From assembly GCF_009914755.1 (NCBI RefSeq), contig NC_060945.1: a DNA stretch of 64,000 nucleotides. One strand, written 5' to 3'. The stretch's first letter is position 1; each line of letters opens with the position of its first letter. Positions 1 to 14,168 of this stretch are shown in pieces. Below the pieces are notes generated by a model that saw only the letters and a list, made by a program, of their open reading frames with translations, did no database searches and was not told the DNA's origin. Made by a program: the position numbers and the translations under genes. This DNA comes from the human T2T-CHM13v2.0 reference genome, Homo sapiens.

Positions 1-469
1 AGAGAAAAGATTGAGCAAAGGGAATAAAACTGCGAGTATGCCAGTTGAGCAAGCCACACGGTAATTTAACATAAGCCACCTGAAGCCAGGGTGAAAATCA
101 AGGGTGGAAGCACACACACTTCTTGTGATGTGACAGGATGATTCATACCAGTCACTTTTAAAGCACTGTGTAATGAGCAGAGTCCTTAGAAACATCTTAG
201 CATCAGATCAAGATACTGCTATTCCTCATACTGATTGATCTTTACTGATGTTTTAGACATTATATTTTAAAAATTCTGTGAAAGTGATTCCACGAGGGCA
301 TTAAGATTGTGCAAATCCAAATATATAGACTTCTGCTGCCTTTATTAAACTGAAAGAATTTTAGGAAGCCTAGAGAAATGTGATGAAAATGATGATGTTG
401 GTCATGGTCATGATGAAGAATCTTGCCAGTTTACTAGCATCAAGTATAAATTACAATCTTTTGATGTCA

Positions 470-610
470 GTGATGTTATTTTAGAGCTCAGGAAACTGGA
501 TCTTGGACAGGCCAAGGGGCACATAAGGTCAAAGAGCAAGTAGGTCCCTGAAGCTCAATCAGCATCTAGACCCTTACTCAAAAATCTATACTCTTCATCC
601 TTACACTATA
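470..610 (-). mobile_element. MIR SINE fragment (degenerate)
   Basis: ATTTTAGAGCTCAGGAAACTGG...AAGGTC resembles the reverse-complemented MIR core; boundaries approximate. Confidence 0.45.
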
Positions 611-792
611 GATTTTTTCTCAAATCGGAATTTTGAAGGAAAATAACTACATGAGAAATTAACCATTATACTCTCTAGTTTAGGTATGTAATTGATAATT
701 TTGATTAAAGACAGATCTACAAGCTATCCAGCAGGTGGGTGGTAAGGTTAACATTTTATAACAGAAGCAGGGACAAATATTGAAGTACTTAC

Positions 793-810
793 CTACTTCA
801 CCTGGCTCTA
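793..810 (-). other. candidate 18-nt microexon
   Basis: Minus strand reads TTTTGCTTGGTATCTTCTCCCTTCCAG|TAGAGCCAGGTGAAGTAG|GTAAGTAC: strong pyrimidine tract, NAGNAG acceptor and consensus donor; no transcript evidence. Confidence 0.3.
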
Positions 811-911
811 CTGGAAGGGAGAAGATACCAAGCAAAACAAAATTATCCTTAGAATGAAGTTCTGGTTTATTTCAACTTGCTATTGTTGTTATTGCTGGTT
901 TTAACATGTGA

Positions 912-1304
912 TAACATTAGTTTGTTTGGGCTGCTATAATTAAATACCATAGATTAGGCAGCTTAAACAATAGAAATTTGTTTTCACACGGTTGTAGAGG
1001 TTAGAAGTCATGATCAAGGGCTTTGGTTTCTGGCAAGGGCTCTCTTTCTGGCTTGTAGATGTCCGTCTTCCTATGGCCTCATATGGCTTTTCCTCCATAT
1101 GTGTGTGCACAGAAAGAAAAAGAGTGAATTCTCTCTTGTCTGTTCTTATAAGGACGCTAATACTGTTGGATCAGAGTCCCATCATTATGACCTCGTTTAA
1201 CCTTCATTACTTCTTTAGAGGTTCCATCCCTGCGTATAGTCACACTGCGGGTTAGGGCTTCAACATGTAAATTTTAAGAGGATACAAACATTCAGTCCAT
1301 AACA
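912..1304 (-). mobile_element. MaLR solo LTR, MLT1A/MLT1B-like
   Basis: Reverse complement begins TGTTATGGACTGAATGTTTGT...CATGTTGAAGCCCTAACCC and matches the MLT1A/B 5' end; the other end has GGGCTGCTATAAT...AAATACCATAGA. Confidence 0.85.
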
Positions 1305-3279
1305 ATATGAAAACCTCAACTTGTCTCTAGGTTTATCAGAGGCTCTCTAAAAGCTTTGTTAAACCTCGTAGCATGGAGTCACATTGCTATCTATATTCTC
1401 GTTGTAAATACACACATCCAGATTCAAGTTGTCAATTGCTTCCACCCTTTACCACCTCCAAGCTATTCTTGGGGCCACATTCTCTCGCTTTGGCTCCCAG
1501 AGTTTCAGGCAGAAAAGAGAGTGCTATTGGTTGCCACTTCTCAAGCCCTCCAGTAACATCTACATTCAACTTTGCCTCCTCCTCCACCTTGTTATGAATT
1601 GCAAGACCCCATGAAAATCAATGGAACACATTCCTTAGAAAAAGAATGGGGAGCCCTACTCTAGAACTTCACTAATATTTTGAAGAGCAAATTCTTCAAG
1701 GGAATGGTCAAACCAATAATTTCTGCTTCTCAGAAAATACTTGTCACAATAGAAATTGAGGTTTGATAATACAGATTCTGTCCTAAAATATTATGATTCC
1801 TTTGGTGATTAATGAAAGTAAACTATCACATTAACATTTTGATGTGATATAACTCATTAACATATAGTCTTATGAAAAAAATTATTGATTTTTACATAGC
1901 CATACTAAATATTAAACTCACTACTATAAAATTAGCTTATTGTTTAATTATTCCACAAAAGAGGAATATATATTTCAGATCATTTTCCATTTTCTAAAAT
2001 AGCCCTTTTCACATATTTGCGTAACTGCAAGTATGTCTTCAGCATCCATTGATTTACTGATTTTATATATTTAAAGGCAAATTTTTTAGGTATATTTGAA
2101 GAGCCATTGGACTTTCTATGCTTTCAGAAACAGTAGAATGCATATTAATTATAATAATAATTTATATCAATGCTGAATAATAATATTGAACTTTATATTA
2201 CAATTATGGTTCCAATATGTATTTCATAAATTTCTAAATCTTAATACCTAAATAGAATGCTATGAGGCACTGGAATGTTTAATACACAACTAAATTTTCT
2301 TTCTTTTGAAAATTTGTCAAATTTCTGTGACTCAAATTTGATAGAAGAGAATTCTTTGACCTACTGGTTCCTATGATTCACATACGAAGGGTGATACCTA
2401 TGGGTATAGAGCAAATGCGTGTTTTATTTATAATAGCAACTTTGTTTTAGATAAATTCAGTGAAATAATAAATGTATATGACTTTTTTATGTGAATGGTT
2501 AAGGAATGATTTTATGTTTCTTTTATTTTACCTCTTTAAAAAAGAAATCATATGTTTGAGAGTTTGTGCATTTCTATCTTCTTAAATATTAACAACATTT
2601 CTGGATATATGGTTATAGAGGTTTGCATAATATTTAGTCAAATCAGATTTATTTATATGTACTTTAGAAGTATTCTTTTTAAACAGTATTCAACTTTCTC
2701 TGACATATGCAGCTGCAGCAAAAAACGTTTACTGAAAGATACCTTGGAATCATTTGTGTACAGAGTTTAAAAGTTAATGTTGTCTTATTTACCAAAATAA
2801 AATAAGAAAATAAAGATTTGATAGGGCCAGAATGTTAATTAGACTAGAAAATGCAACTTTTTATTCTGTAAATAGATCAGAGTGTGTTAAAGCAATCTGA
2901 AAATCTGAAGCATAAATGTAGAAAAAATTTTAAACTTCTTTACTCTTTGTTAACTCATCAAGTTGAAATGAAAGTTAAGTGCATTTAAAGGCATTTTCAG
3001 TAGAAAACAGCTTTTCTTTGGGAGCTGCTGGGCAAACATCCTTTTTTTAATGAAATAGATATTGTATATTATTTATGATAAAGGTAAATAAATACAGATA
3101 AAGCACTTAGATGAAAAAAATAGACTGCAAACACTGTTATACATTCACTTGTAGGTTCTTAAGTCATTTTTTTTGTTCTTTTGTTCTGTAATTGATTGCT
3201 AGCACCCCCTTTAACCCACCTTAAAGGGCAAGCAGGAAATTCATGTTTTCGTTCATCAGCCCATCCCTCTGAAAAGCGT

Positions 3280-3860
3280 TCGATATTAAAACAGTTTTCA
3301 AGGAGCAAAAGCAGAGGAAAGAAGAGGCCCAGCTAGACTGTAGCAAGGTTAGAAGATACACGCAAGATTGCCTGCCACACACATCGGGTCTTGTTCCTGT
3401 CCAGTATTTGCATGGAGATATCAAGTTAATTAGGGTAGGACTCTGTTCTTCGCTTTCTATGTGACCTTTTATTATATCTGTGGCTCTCTAGTTCATATGG
3501 TGTCATAAAGCTATGGGAAAGTCTTTCTAGTGTTTGACACAAACTGCAAAAGAAATAAGCATTGATATTTCCCTTTGCCTGAAGGTTTTTACAGCAGCAA
3601 AATACTGCAGAGGCAAAGTTGATATTGTGGTAGATTTGCTGTGGGTGTAAGAATGTTTCTTTTGTCTTTCGGCTCCCCGCTTCCCCCGATGATGATCAGG
3701 TGCGACCTAGAGAGTTGTGGAGAGGAATGGGGTATTGGTTGGGGAGGGGGTGCGGGTTAGTTCAGGAGGAGGTTACATGGCGGAATTCCCACGAATGCTG
3801 GCGAAGGATGAAAAAGATGAAGAAATCTTGTTTTTCTGAACGAGAGGATTCTCTGCATGA
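3280..3860. promoter_or_regulatory. CpG-retaining candidate promoter/enhancer
   Basis: About 15 CpGs in unique DNA; octamer ATTTGCAT at 3406, reverse CCAAT (ATTGG) at 3734, GGGGAGGGGG SP/KLF box at 3741, GGAATTCCC NF-kB-like site at 3782. Confidence 0.35.
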
Positions 3861-6800
3861 CTTCCCCACTGTTGGGGTGATGAGCTTTCAGGCTGAGATT
3901 TTATTAACAATTCATATGGAGATTGAGGGCAGTGGAGGAGCAGATTCTCACATAAACTTGATCTGTCCATGAATGCAGTTCTCTGTTTGCCCTGACCCTG
4001 CATGGCTTAAGACACTGCCTGTGAGGCCAGTGTGCCAGACACAAAGAAAGAAATGAAAAGCAAGCACATTCCAGGAGTCTGCACAAAGGAGCCCGGCCGT
4101 TTCTAGTCGTCTCCCCAGAGAGGATCTTATCTCTGCACAGCCAAAAACCTCTAAAATGTTTATTTGTGTACTTAAAGTTTTAAAATCCATGTGGCTGTTC
4201 ATTAAGCAACAGTCAATAGAGAGGTTTTGTGAGGTTTTAAAATGTTGTTTTCTGAACTTGTTGAAACTGGAAAAATATTTGCAAGGGTACATTTTCTGAA
4301 GTTTAGCTTTAGAAGTCACTGGCCTTGAGTTGTTTTTACTTTGTCAATTGGTAGGTAGCCTGCAAAATGAGTCCTTTCCAGCTTTGGGAGAGGCCAGAAC
4401 AACATCTTAAATCTTGATTTGACTTCGTAATACATCCTGACACTGCAAGCTCTGAAACTTGTGGCAGAGAGTTAATGCATGAGACAAAACTGACCTGGGA
4501 TCACAAGTGGACATCCTCACGCTCATGATCACAGACCACAGTGTTACATTAGAAAAACTATGGGAGAAGCAAGTGCAGAGAAAAGTTTGAGTGAGAAGAA
4601 AGAGTGAGAGAAACTAGGAACTTTTATTATAATGTTTTTACAATTATTGGCAGTTCACTATCTCTAGAAGCATTATAACAGGATAATGACAAGCTCTCAC
4701 AAGACATTTCTCTGTAACTTAATATAATAGGTTTTATTGTTTGACAAATGCATTGTCTGAAAGTATGACATCTTTAGGTTCAGGGGATAAAAACTCGATA
4801 TACATAATTCTGCTGCTCAAATACATGTTTCCACAGATACTTAAAATTCAGAAAATCCAGATACACAGGCTTTTTAATTTTGCATATGTGTTTAGCTGTT
4901 CAAATTACTTCAAACTTTTATGGTTCATTAATTAAATAACCAGTAGAGGAATGCAGACAAATGCCATTAATTATGATAGGTTTTGTTCCTTTCATTTTAT
5001 AGTGGTTTTATTTCCATGAAATTAACTGTTGTACTTAGGCTAATTGTCAGTAATTGGTGACAAAATCACTTCATTGTTTTTCTATAGCATGATACTAATG
5101 AGGATATTTGCAATATTGGCCCAACCATGTGTGTATTTTACCTTCTGTGTTTAGTCAGTGGTAGATAATATCAAATGCAACTTTTTAAGAGAACCATGAG
5201 ATAAAACATTTCTATTAATAATTAAACAAGTCTTTTAAACAGCCTGTCATAAATTAATTTTAAAACATCGAGATTGAAGGAAGCTTTTATTTTAGGTTTA
5301 GTTGGTTTCATGAAATATCAACTAATTTTCCTGATTTGAATTGAATTGTATTGGAATCATCTATGCAATATCGCAATTACAAATCTCAACTGCTTAGCCA
5401 CATGTATTTTTATTATTCTATTTGTGTAGGCAATGCTAAAATTAGCATTGCTAAACATGCTTTTGTGAGGTATCACAGAGCTGAGTGGGATTGCCTTTCT
5501 TTTCACACCTGATGGTTAAATTCTCATAATATATAGCAATATTACTTATTCTTGTTTTCTAACAGTATTTTCCTGTTTCATTTTGCCACATGAAAATGTT
5601 TTTCAAAACATTGTATTTCAAATGAATATATATGAAACAGTTGAGATCATGAAAGCTTGGTTTTATGTATTTTTTTCAACATTAAAAAAATATACTTCCA
5701 TGTAAGTAATGGGTTATAAAGAGAAAAAGCAGTGGGAGAGTATTCCATTTTGTGAAGTGAGATTTAATGCCAATGGCAGAAAATATTGCAACACTACTTA
5801 TCCCATTAAAACAATCACAGCCAATACTGCTTTGCTCACTTCGTTCCTTAAAAGAATTCTTCTCAATAGATTCCCCTATGATTTTTATGAATTCGTAAGT
5901 TACAAAAGTTTTCTAGTACTTTGAAGTACAGTCTTTTTGCTTCTTTTTCTTATTCTAAGATGCTTTTACCAATCAAGTGCCATTTTACAGTTTATAGCCC
6001 ACTCTGTTTGTTTTAAATGCAACCATAATGTATACCTTAGAGCTGAGTGTCTCCCAATCATCCTGAAAAAAGTTTTTACAAAGCAATTAGAAAAATAATT
6101 GCCTATTAAAAGGTGAAGATTGGTTTGAGTAGGGAGAGCAGAAACTGAACTCTGAAATTGAAAGCATTCATTGTTAGAGGAAACATATGCACCAAATCCA
6201 AAATTAAAGAAAACTCACAAAATACGTATCTTGGCAAGGGGAATTGTTTGAATTTTCTAAAGCTGTCAGTCCATTTTCTCTACTTTTTTTCCAGTAAAGA
6301 AAAACTTCAAATGGAAAGCTTCACCTTTTGTACAAAGTTGAAATGTTTTATTATTGCAGAATTGTTCTACACTGTACAAAACCAGAACAATTCAATAGCT
6401 TCCGGGGGGCCAGGGGATGGGGAAACAAATGAGAATCTTTCCATCATTCTAGAATACCCATAGCAGAGCAAAAATAAGTATAAAAATCTATGGTCATTTC
6501 CTTGAAAAAAAGAATCTTTTGATTACAGCAGTTATTTGAATACCCATTCAGGCTCTTTTGTGACATGTAATAAGTGCTCTTCTCCCAAATGAAAAATACT
6601 CTTAGGGAACAAAAATCAAACATAAACTACGTTCAGATGCTGCATTTCAATAGGTGACCCCATAGGATTAAGCAAAGGTTATTTTTCTTTTTTGCATGTG
6701 CTCTAAAAAATAAATTCCCCAGAGTTAAATTTTGTTTGTTTGTTTTTCATCTTACTGGTGTATTTCCAATATGTTTTCTTGCTTTTTGTCAGTTTCAAAT

Positions 6801-7999
6801 ATATAGAATGTGAAAAATAAACAAGGCGGGAACTGACTTCAAGTTTTAAGAGTGATAAAGTATTGTGAAAGTTACTTAGAGAAGATGATTTTTCTCTGAT
6901 TTATCCTGCCATATTATAGACTCTGGAGAATACAATAATATGGAGGTTTTTTTCTCTTTCTTGAGTATTCTAACTGTTCAAGGAAAATACTAGAAAGAAG
7001 TAGGACTCTGGTAATACTATGAGCCATATCCATGGGCATCTAAATCCTGTAGAAAAAAATAATAAATACAGTTTGCTTCTCACTTAATCATACTTGACAA
7101 CCATATAGACACTGCTGGGGCCATCATGAGTAGCAGGCGGTATGTTTGACTGTTTTGGCCCCAGAAGTCTTTATAATTGTAATCAGTTTCTTCATCAGTC
7201 CATGCTGTGCCAATACCCCTAACTAGCCATAGTGTCATTTTAAAAATTAAAAATAACCCACATTCAATAACATCAACAACAACAACCACCCCTCAGCATA
7301 AACTATGTTCTCTGTGTGAACTCACAGTACGGAGCAGTTGCATCCAACCCCTGGGCTCTGATTTACTTGGCACACTTGGGGTTAATCAAATTCCCCCACT
7401 GTGAGGTGCACACACATTTAGAGGACTATAACACACTCTAATGCTACCTAACTCTGCTGTCATTTTTAATATTTTCATGAGTTTTTTTTAAGTGATGTGC
7501 ATAGCAGAAATAGCCTGACTTTTTCTTACTGCTAAATAGAGTGCCCACCAACTAAAGCAAACAACAATAAATTAAATAAAAAATGATCAGATGTAGAACA
7601 TATTTATTCCAAGATAGTTTTAGTTTCTGTTGCCCAAATAAGTTTCACATTCTGTGAAACTTGCCTTTTCCCAGGGGTTAAGCTCCTGCAGCACTTGAGA
7701 TAGTGAGCAATGGCTTCATTAAAAAACATAAAGCATAACAAAACGATGTGGTAAACCTTGGGGTGCTTTTGTTTTTACTTATTTTAGAATGTACTAACAA
7801 TTTTGTATGCCTCACAATAGAGGCATCCATGTATAAAGACTTGTAACTACTCTTATTATATTCACATTTTCTGGGGCCTTAATTTCATGGTGAACAATAT
7901 CAATCTGTAACTGGGGCAAATTTACATGACATCACATACAAGGCCCAGCAGGTCAAAGGTGGATGAAACAGGTTCACTGCTGCATGCCATGTGTCTTAC

Positions 8000-8041
8000 C
8001 TGGACAGGCAGCCATCAGCTCCTGCTTCAGGTGACCACTGT
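8000..8041 (-). other. candidate 42-nt exon
   Basis: Minus strand reads TTTGGTTTTACCTGCAG|ACAGTGG...TGTCCAG|GTAAGA; an alternative acceptor TTTTCTTAG at 8201 would give a 201-nt exon with stops in all frames. Confidence 0.3.
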
Positions 8042-8226
8042 CTGCAGGTAAAACCAAACTCTGTACATTTTGCTCTTAGTGCCTTATGACCAGTTGTTTT
8101 CACTCATAAATAATGTTTGAATTGTAAGCTCTTTTGCTCTGGAATCCAGAAGCAACCAGTCACTAATGATCATTTTGCAAACTACCTAGTCATCTACCAG
8201 CTAAGAAAATAATGGCCTCTCACTCT

Positions 8227-8230
<4 letters not shown>

Positions 8231-8260
<30 letters not shown>
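8231..8260 (+). repeat. (TG)15 microsatellite
   Basis: perfect dinucleotide run. Confidence 0.97.
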
Positions 8261-8263
<3 letters not shown>

Positions 8264-10519
8264 GAGCTGTTAGCATTCATCAACAACCTTAGTTGTCCCT
8301 ACCAACATAGGCTTCATCAGAAACTTTTCTTTTTTTTTTTTTAGTAGCAAAGATAGGCTACTTAAGATTTTATCTCCAAGTATGAACATAGAAAATATAA
8401 AATATTCAAGCTCTAAATCATACTTTGGATATACCTTCTAATTCTCACTTTGAACTACCTGTGATAAGACGTGACATTTATGTTTTGTCATATTATTCAA
8501 CATATAATTTAAAAATAATTTAAAATCACATCTAAAATTTTAAAAGAACTTAGGCACTAATATGTTTTGTAGTCTTACATTATTATTTAAAATAATAAAA
8601 GAGTAAAATTTTATAGAGTATATTTGTAGGTACATATTTTTCCTTGAAGGGTTACATGCAATGGAAAGAAGATAGATTAAGAAAGAACAGTCACCTATAT
8701 GTAATTAAATTTCAAAATGATATAGAAAAAATTTACTGGAATGAAGAAAAAAATCTGCCTTTTAGACAACTACATGGAAGGTTTATTTTTATTTTGTAAT
8801 ACGGACTTTTGTTCCCGGATAACTTGTAACAAGCTCAAGATGTGGAGTATTAAATGAATTATTACAACATATAGCCTAGAAGTAGGACCGCATTGTAAAC
8901 CATCAAAGGTATAACACACTAAAACAGGCCATGTGATTGTGGTTAACGCACTCATAGCGAGTGCAAGCAAACCTTAACCTTCTGGATTTTTACATGTTAT
9001 GTTTTACTCTTTGGTTTACTTCTTCCTGTGATCAATACCCGGGCAAAGCCAGAGCTCTTCAGGAGAAGGTTGAGATTATAACAATGTCAGCTTTTGCTTT
9101 TAGCGGAGTGATGAGGTTATCAATAATGCATTGGAGATCTTGGGAACCTTTGACATACACATATCACAGCTGCCCCACGTTTATCGTAGGACTTGCAGGT
9201 CTGAGCTGAGTTGTCACCTCATCTGTGTTTGAGCCAGCCATTGATGCAGTCAGTCTCAAGTAATCTTGGGCACCTAGGGAAAGCTGTTGAGATTATTTAA
9301 CTGAAACATTGCATTTGAGGAAGTTATTTAGGAGTGAGAATACATCTATGAAATGGCTTTTATTAAGAAGCTTGTTCAATATTCCTTTAATAACTTTTTG
9401 TCTCCCTAGCTCCCTTCTAATGTTTATAAGTCTTGTTGTTTCTGTGACAAGTTTATTCATATCCTAACAGCTTGTCTGGCAGCAGGGTTCGTGTTTTTTA
9501 CTTGAGCTTTCTGGTCACGGTGGTGGCTGAGAGTAATGGAGGGGGAATAAGTGGGTGTGGAAATGCAAAGCTGTCTCTTGTTACATTTTATCGATCTCAT
9601 TCTGGTGTCATTCAATTAAGACAGAAATGTGATGGATAGTCTCTGCCCAGATTCCTGGGTTGCTCTCCATCCCTTGCAGATACAGCTTTTGTGTTTTATT
9701 TTGGGGGAAGGGATGGGGAAAGGGCACGGGCAAGTGAGAGAAATCAAATATGCTATGTGATCTGAATTACAAATCAGTGTCTCTCTAAGGATGCTCCAAA
9801 ATGTCAAACATGCCATGTTTATATTTTCACATACACAGAGTACTTCTGTTGATGTATGAGATGGGTTACTAGAATTTAAGTTGGGGTTAATTATTGTTGA
9901 TTCATTTTCAAAGACCTGTGAGCTAACATCACTCTTCTACCAGCTCAAGATAATTAAAAATGAGCCACATAGAAAAATACTTGAGTCCAACTCATGCCAT
10001 TTTTGAAGTTTGCAAATGAGAAATTATTTTCTCATTTTTTTTTTTATGAGACTGTGATTCTAAGTTGACCTTTCTGCAAATAGACTTTCAGGCTGATAAA
10101 ATGAAAATAGTAGGTATTTTTTTTTTAGTTTATAAACAATTCATTCTAATTGTTGCCTATGTTATCAAGAAGTGTACTATTGTGAGTAAATTTCAGAATT
10201 TAGGACTGTGTGAATTCTGATCCTTACCCTTGATGATGTATTTTCCCTTAGCTATATCACTACCTTTGTTTGCTACCAGTGTTATAATGAGGGTTGTAGG
10301 AATTCATGGATGTGAGAGGCTCTAAAAGTAACAGTTCATGTATGCAAAGTTTTTTTTAAAAAGACATTAAAATCGCTACTGCAAGCACATATAATAAAAG
10401 CAGGATATGTTCAACAAACTCCCTTGCCCTTCTCAAAACAATGCCAGATTCAAATTGAGCATTCAGAATTTTCTAATCGAGGTTATGGCTTCTGATAATT
10501 AATCCATACTAAAAGGGAG

Positions 10520-10765
10520 TATGGAATAAAAATATAAGCAGGAGTTTTAACATTAGATCAATATGTTAATGTCCAGGCTCCCCTATATACTCAGTATATG
10601 ACCTTGGGAAACATGCATACAGCCTGTAGTTTAACCTTAATTTCATTATCTGAAAAATAAATAGCATTGCTTTGAGAATTAGGAGACTCAGAATATGAAA
10701 ATGATTGCTCCATGCTTATCCTGTGTACTTGGCCCACGGGAGACATCCAACACGTTTAGTTTTAT
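10520..10765 (+). mobile_element. MIR SINE (degenerate)
   Basis: TATGACCTTGGGAAAC...TTTCATTATCTGAAAAAT...TTGGCCCAC resembles the MIR consensus. Confidence 0.5.
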
Positions 10766-13700
10766 TCTGAATCCCCCTTTATGGTTTTGACACTGAGTAA
10801 TTTGGTCCTATAATAAGCTTGCTCAGTCATTTGGGAAAGGAATGTAAGCAAAGAAAAATAATACACTTGGGTCCTACCACTGTGAGTCAAAAATTTTCCA
10901 GATCCTAATTCACAGAAGCTAATTTACCAATCTGTGTGATTTTTTTTAGTGATTTTATTAAAAAAACTAATTGTCATTAAAAAGTTATCCTAAAATTTTG
11001 TTTATGGAAGGCACTCCGTGTGTTGTGTCTTAATCCAAATTTATCAGTGATTTTAAACTATCATGCTTTCATCCTAAAATTAAAGAGAAGCTGCTGGTTA
11101 AAGCAGTTGTTTACTAATTTTACAAAAATTATAGGGCACTTGGAAATGATTTAGGTGGGAATTTAACTGATAACCCACATTGTAACCCACTCAATAGTGT
11201 AGAAAAACACAAAATCTTATGCTGCTGGTATATGTCTTGTAGGTATTGTTAAAAACTATACATATATATGTGAGGTGGGACCTGGCTATCTTTATTTTTA
11301 CTGTTTCCTTCTGAGGTTGTAAATTTTTAAATTGGATGTTTAAAAAAATCATCTTCATGAGACAAGGCTTACCAGATATACATCAAAGTATAATTGATAT
11401 CTATTTAAGGAAAATACATCCATAAGACGTAGGTAGTAAGTAAAAAGTTTTTCTACATGATCCAAACATAAGACATAATTAGAGCATGTCTGGGAAAAAA
11501 AAGGATGTATCCTAAATATTGCACATGACTTTTTTCAATATATACTTGGTGTGTGCTAAGACTGCTTAATGCATGCTTTATGAAAACACTACCAACACTT
11601 TGGTTGAAGATGTAATGAGAACAAATTTCTACACTCACATAATCATTGTACACTCAGTAAGCATTACTGCATAATGAACATATTTGTGTGCTTGTGTTGG
11701 GAATTAATGCAAACCATTTTATTCATTTCACAAAGGGTATGAATAGTACTCCTTGATGTGCTAGGATAATGTTATAACTTTTCCCAGATAGGGTAGGAAT
11801 TGCAGTGGTATGTTTGGTCATTCTCTTATCCTTTGAGATAGTTCAGGTCTAAATCTGGGTGTGGGGTGCTTCTTCACTCTCTTGGATCCAAGAAGGTGCT
11901 ACTGAAAAGCAACTTTCCAAGTTGTACTACATTCCACAGCTAACTGATGGAATTTTAAATATTTCATAAGGTAGACTTAAAAAAATCACAAGTAACTATG
12001 ATTTACAGAATTTATAGAAACAGAGGCTCTAGTTTGGGGTCATACCTAATACACTAAGTTTCAGTGTTCAATTCCAGGAGAATACATAACCAAATCATGG
12101 TGACAATATTGCCTCCCCTTAAACTCTTAAAGAACTCTTTTCGTGGCAATTTACAAGATAGTTAAGCACCAGTTGTCAATGATATATGTTTTTCTTTTTA
12201 AAAATTCTTTGCTGCCTGTAGTTAATATTAAAAACTTTGTTGTTGTTTGCGTTCTATTTCTTTATAGGCTTTCTTTCCAATTAGAATGTAAGCTTTGTAA
12301 AGTAAAAGGCAATTGGAGATGATAAATGAAGGTTGAAGTAATCATGCTGACCATACTTAGTGCGCTGGAGAAACAGAAGGTTCCTATATTCGCCATTTTT
12401 ATTTTCTGTTCATCAAAGAGGATTTAAAGGAAGATGCCATCCCTTAGACCCTGGCAGTTCCTTCTCTTCAACGTTTAAACCTCCACTTTACATTATTGAA
12501 CTAACAAGATATTCTAGGCATTCTATTGCAGGCAAGGTATGAACAATTTCAAATTTATCAACAATCAAAATCATCAACAAGATGATGTTAAGTTTCATAA
12601 TCACTCTGCGCCTATCTTTGTGTTTGCAAGATTCTGACTGGTATCTACCTCCATTGGTTTCTCTGTCTTTGTCTTAATATCTTTCCTGCATGGCTTTCTG
12701 GCTATAGCAGCATGGTTTGAAATACTCCCTCAGTAGTCCACTACCATTTATCTCAAATAGATTGTTCTTTTGAAACGTCAAAGTATTTTTTAATACCTTT
12801 TTTGTTACAGTTACAACCTAAGACAACTTCAAGTTGATATTCTCCAAATGAGACTCTGATTCAATGAAATCTGTTCTCTCTATTAGCTCATTTTCTCTCA
12901 ATCTCTATCTCTCTTGCTTTTCACACTTTACTCATCTCTTCCTCTCTAATTGTATTGGAAACTCTTTAGAATCCTAACATTGGAGTTTTGGATATGGCGG
13001 GAATCTTAGTGGTCACAGACTTCATCTCTGTGCTTTCACAGATGAAGGTCCCAAGGCTCAGAAAACCTATGGGAGCTCAAATCTAAGAGGAAGTCTAGGA
13101 AAGGTCTTTGCCCTGTGGAGGCCTCTAGGTGTCTTACTGAGGGTCAACCCTATCATCTGGTCTTAGAGTTTGCTGGGCAGAGTTCCTTGTCTTATTTATC
13201 TTTCTGCCCACAGTGCCTGGCACCCTGGAGGAGGCTAACGTATGCTTGTTAAAATAGTCAGAAAACTTTATGCCATATCTGAAGATGTTTTTAACATATG
13301 ATGAGTTAAATTTCATCTTCCCAAATGCAGATGCTAATTATGCGTTCTGAGCATGAGAAGGAATTTGAATGTTTTATAACTATATGTTGATAATTTTCTC
13401 TTTATAGAGATCTGTTACTCCAGAGGAAGAATTTGGGGTCCTGTTTTTCTGTTTCTCCTCAGATCATTTCTAGAAATTAGTATTAGCATTAATATTCTCA
13501 TAATTTTTATATTAGAAGAAGGTACCTCCAAGCTTGTTTTCTGAGTAAGATCCTTTTTGAGAATAACTGGGTGTCTGCTACATAAATTTGACAAGCTATT
13601 TTGGTGGTGAAAGTTTAAACAATACTCTGCTAAGAATAGAAGATATACCCTCAAATCACACATTGAAAAAGGTAGTCCAGATGAAACCTAGAAATTCTTC

Positions 13701-13869
13701 ATGTTGATCAACCTTCTCACTATATTCCCACCGTAGCATTTTATCTTTCCTCTCATCAAAATCTGATTAATCTCTTATGGGCTTTTTGTTTTGTTGTGTT
13801 TTGTTTTCAGTCATTAATGAGTATAATGTCAGCCTTTTGGCTATCACTTGAATTACTTAGTTGAATATT

Positions 13870-14168
<299 letters not shown>

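Noticed and set aside
3474-3520. Resemblance to a miR-9 precursor (TATCTGTGGCTCTCTAG...TCATAAAGCTA)
   Set aside because: There are many mismatches to mature miR-9 including the seed, and the arms do not form a pre-miRNA hairpin; likely chance.
10228-10321. Minus-strand 94-nt exon candidate and a TGATGA C-box-like motif
   Set aside because: The acceptor tract is short and no properly placed D box or terminal stem was seen, so it is insufficient for either an exon or a snoRNA call.
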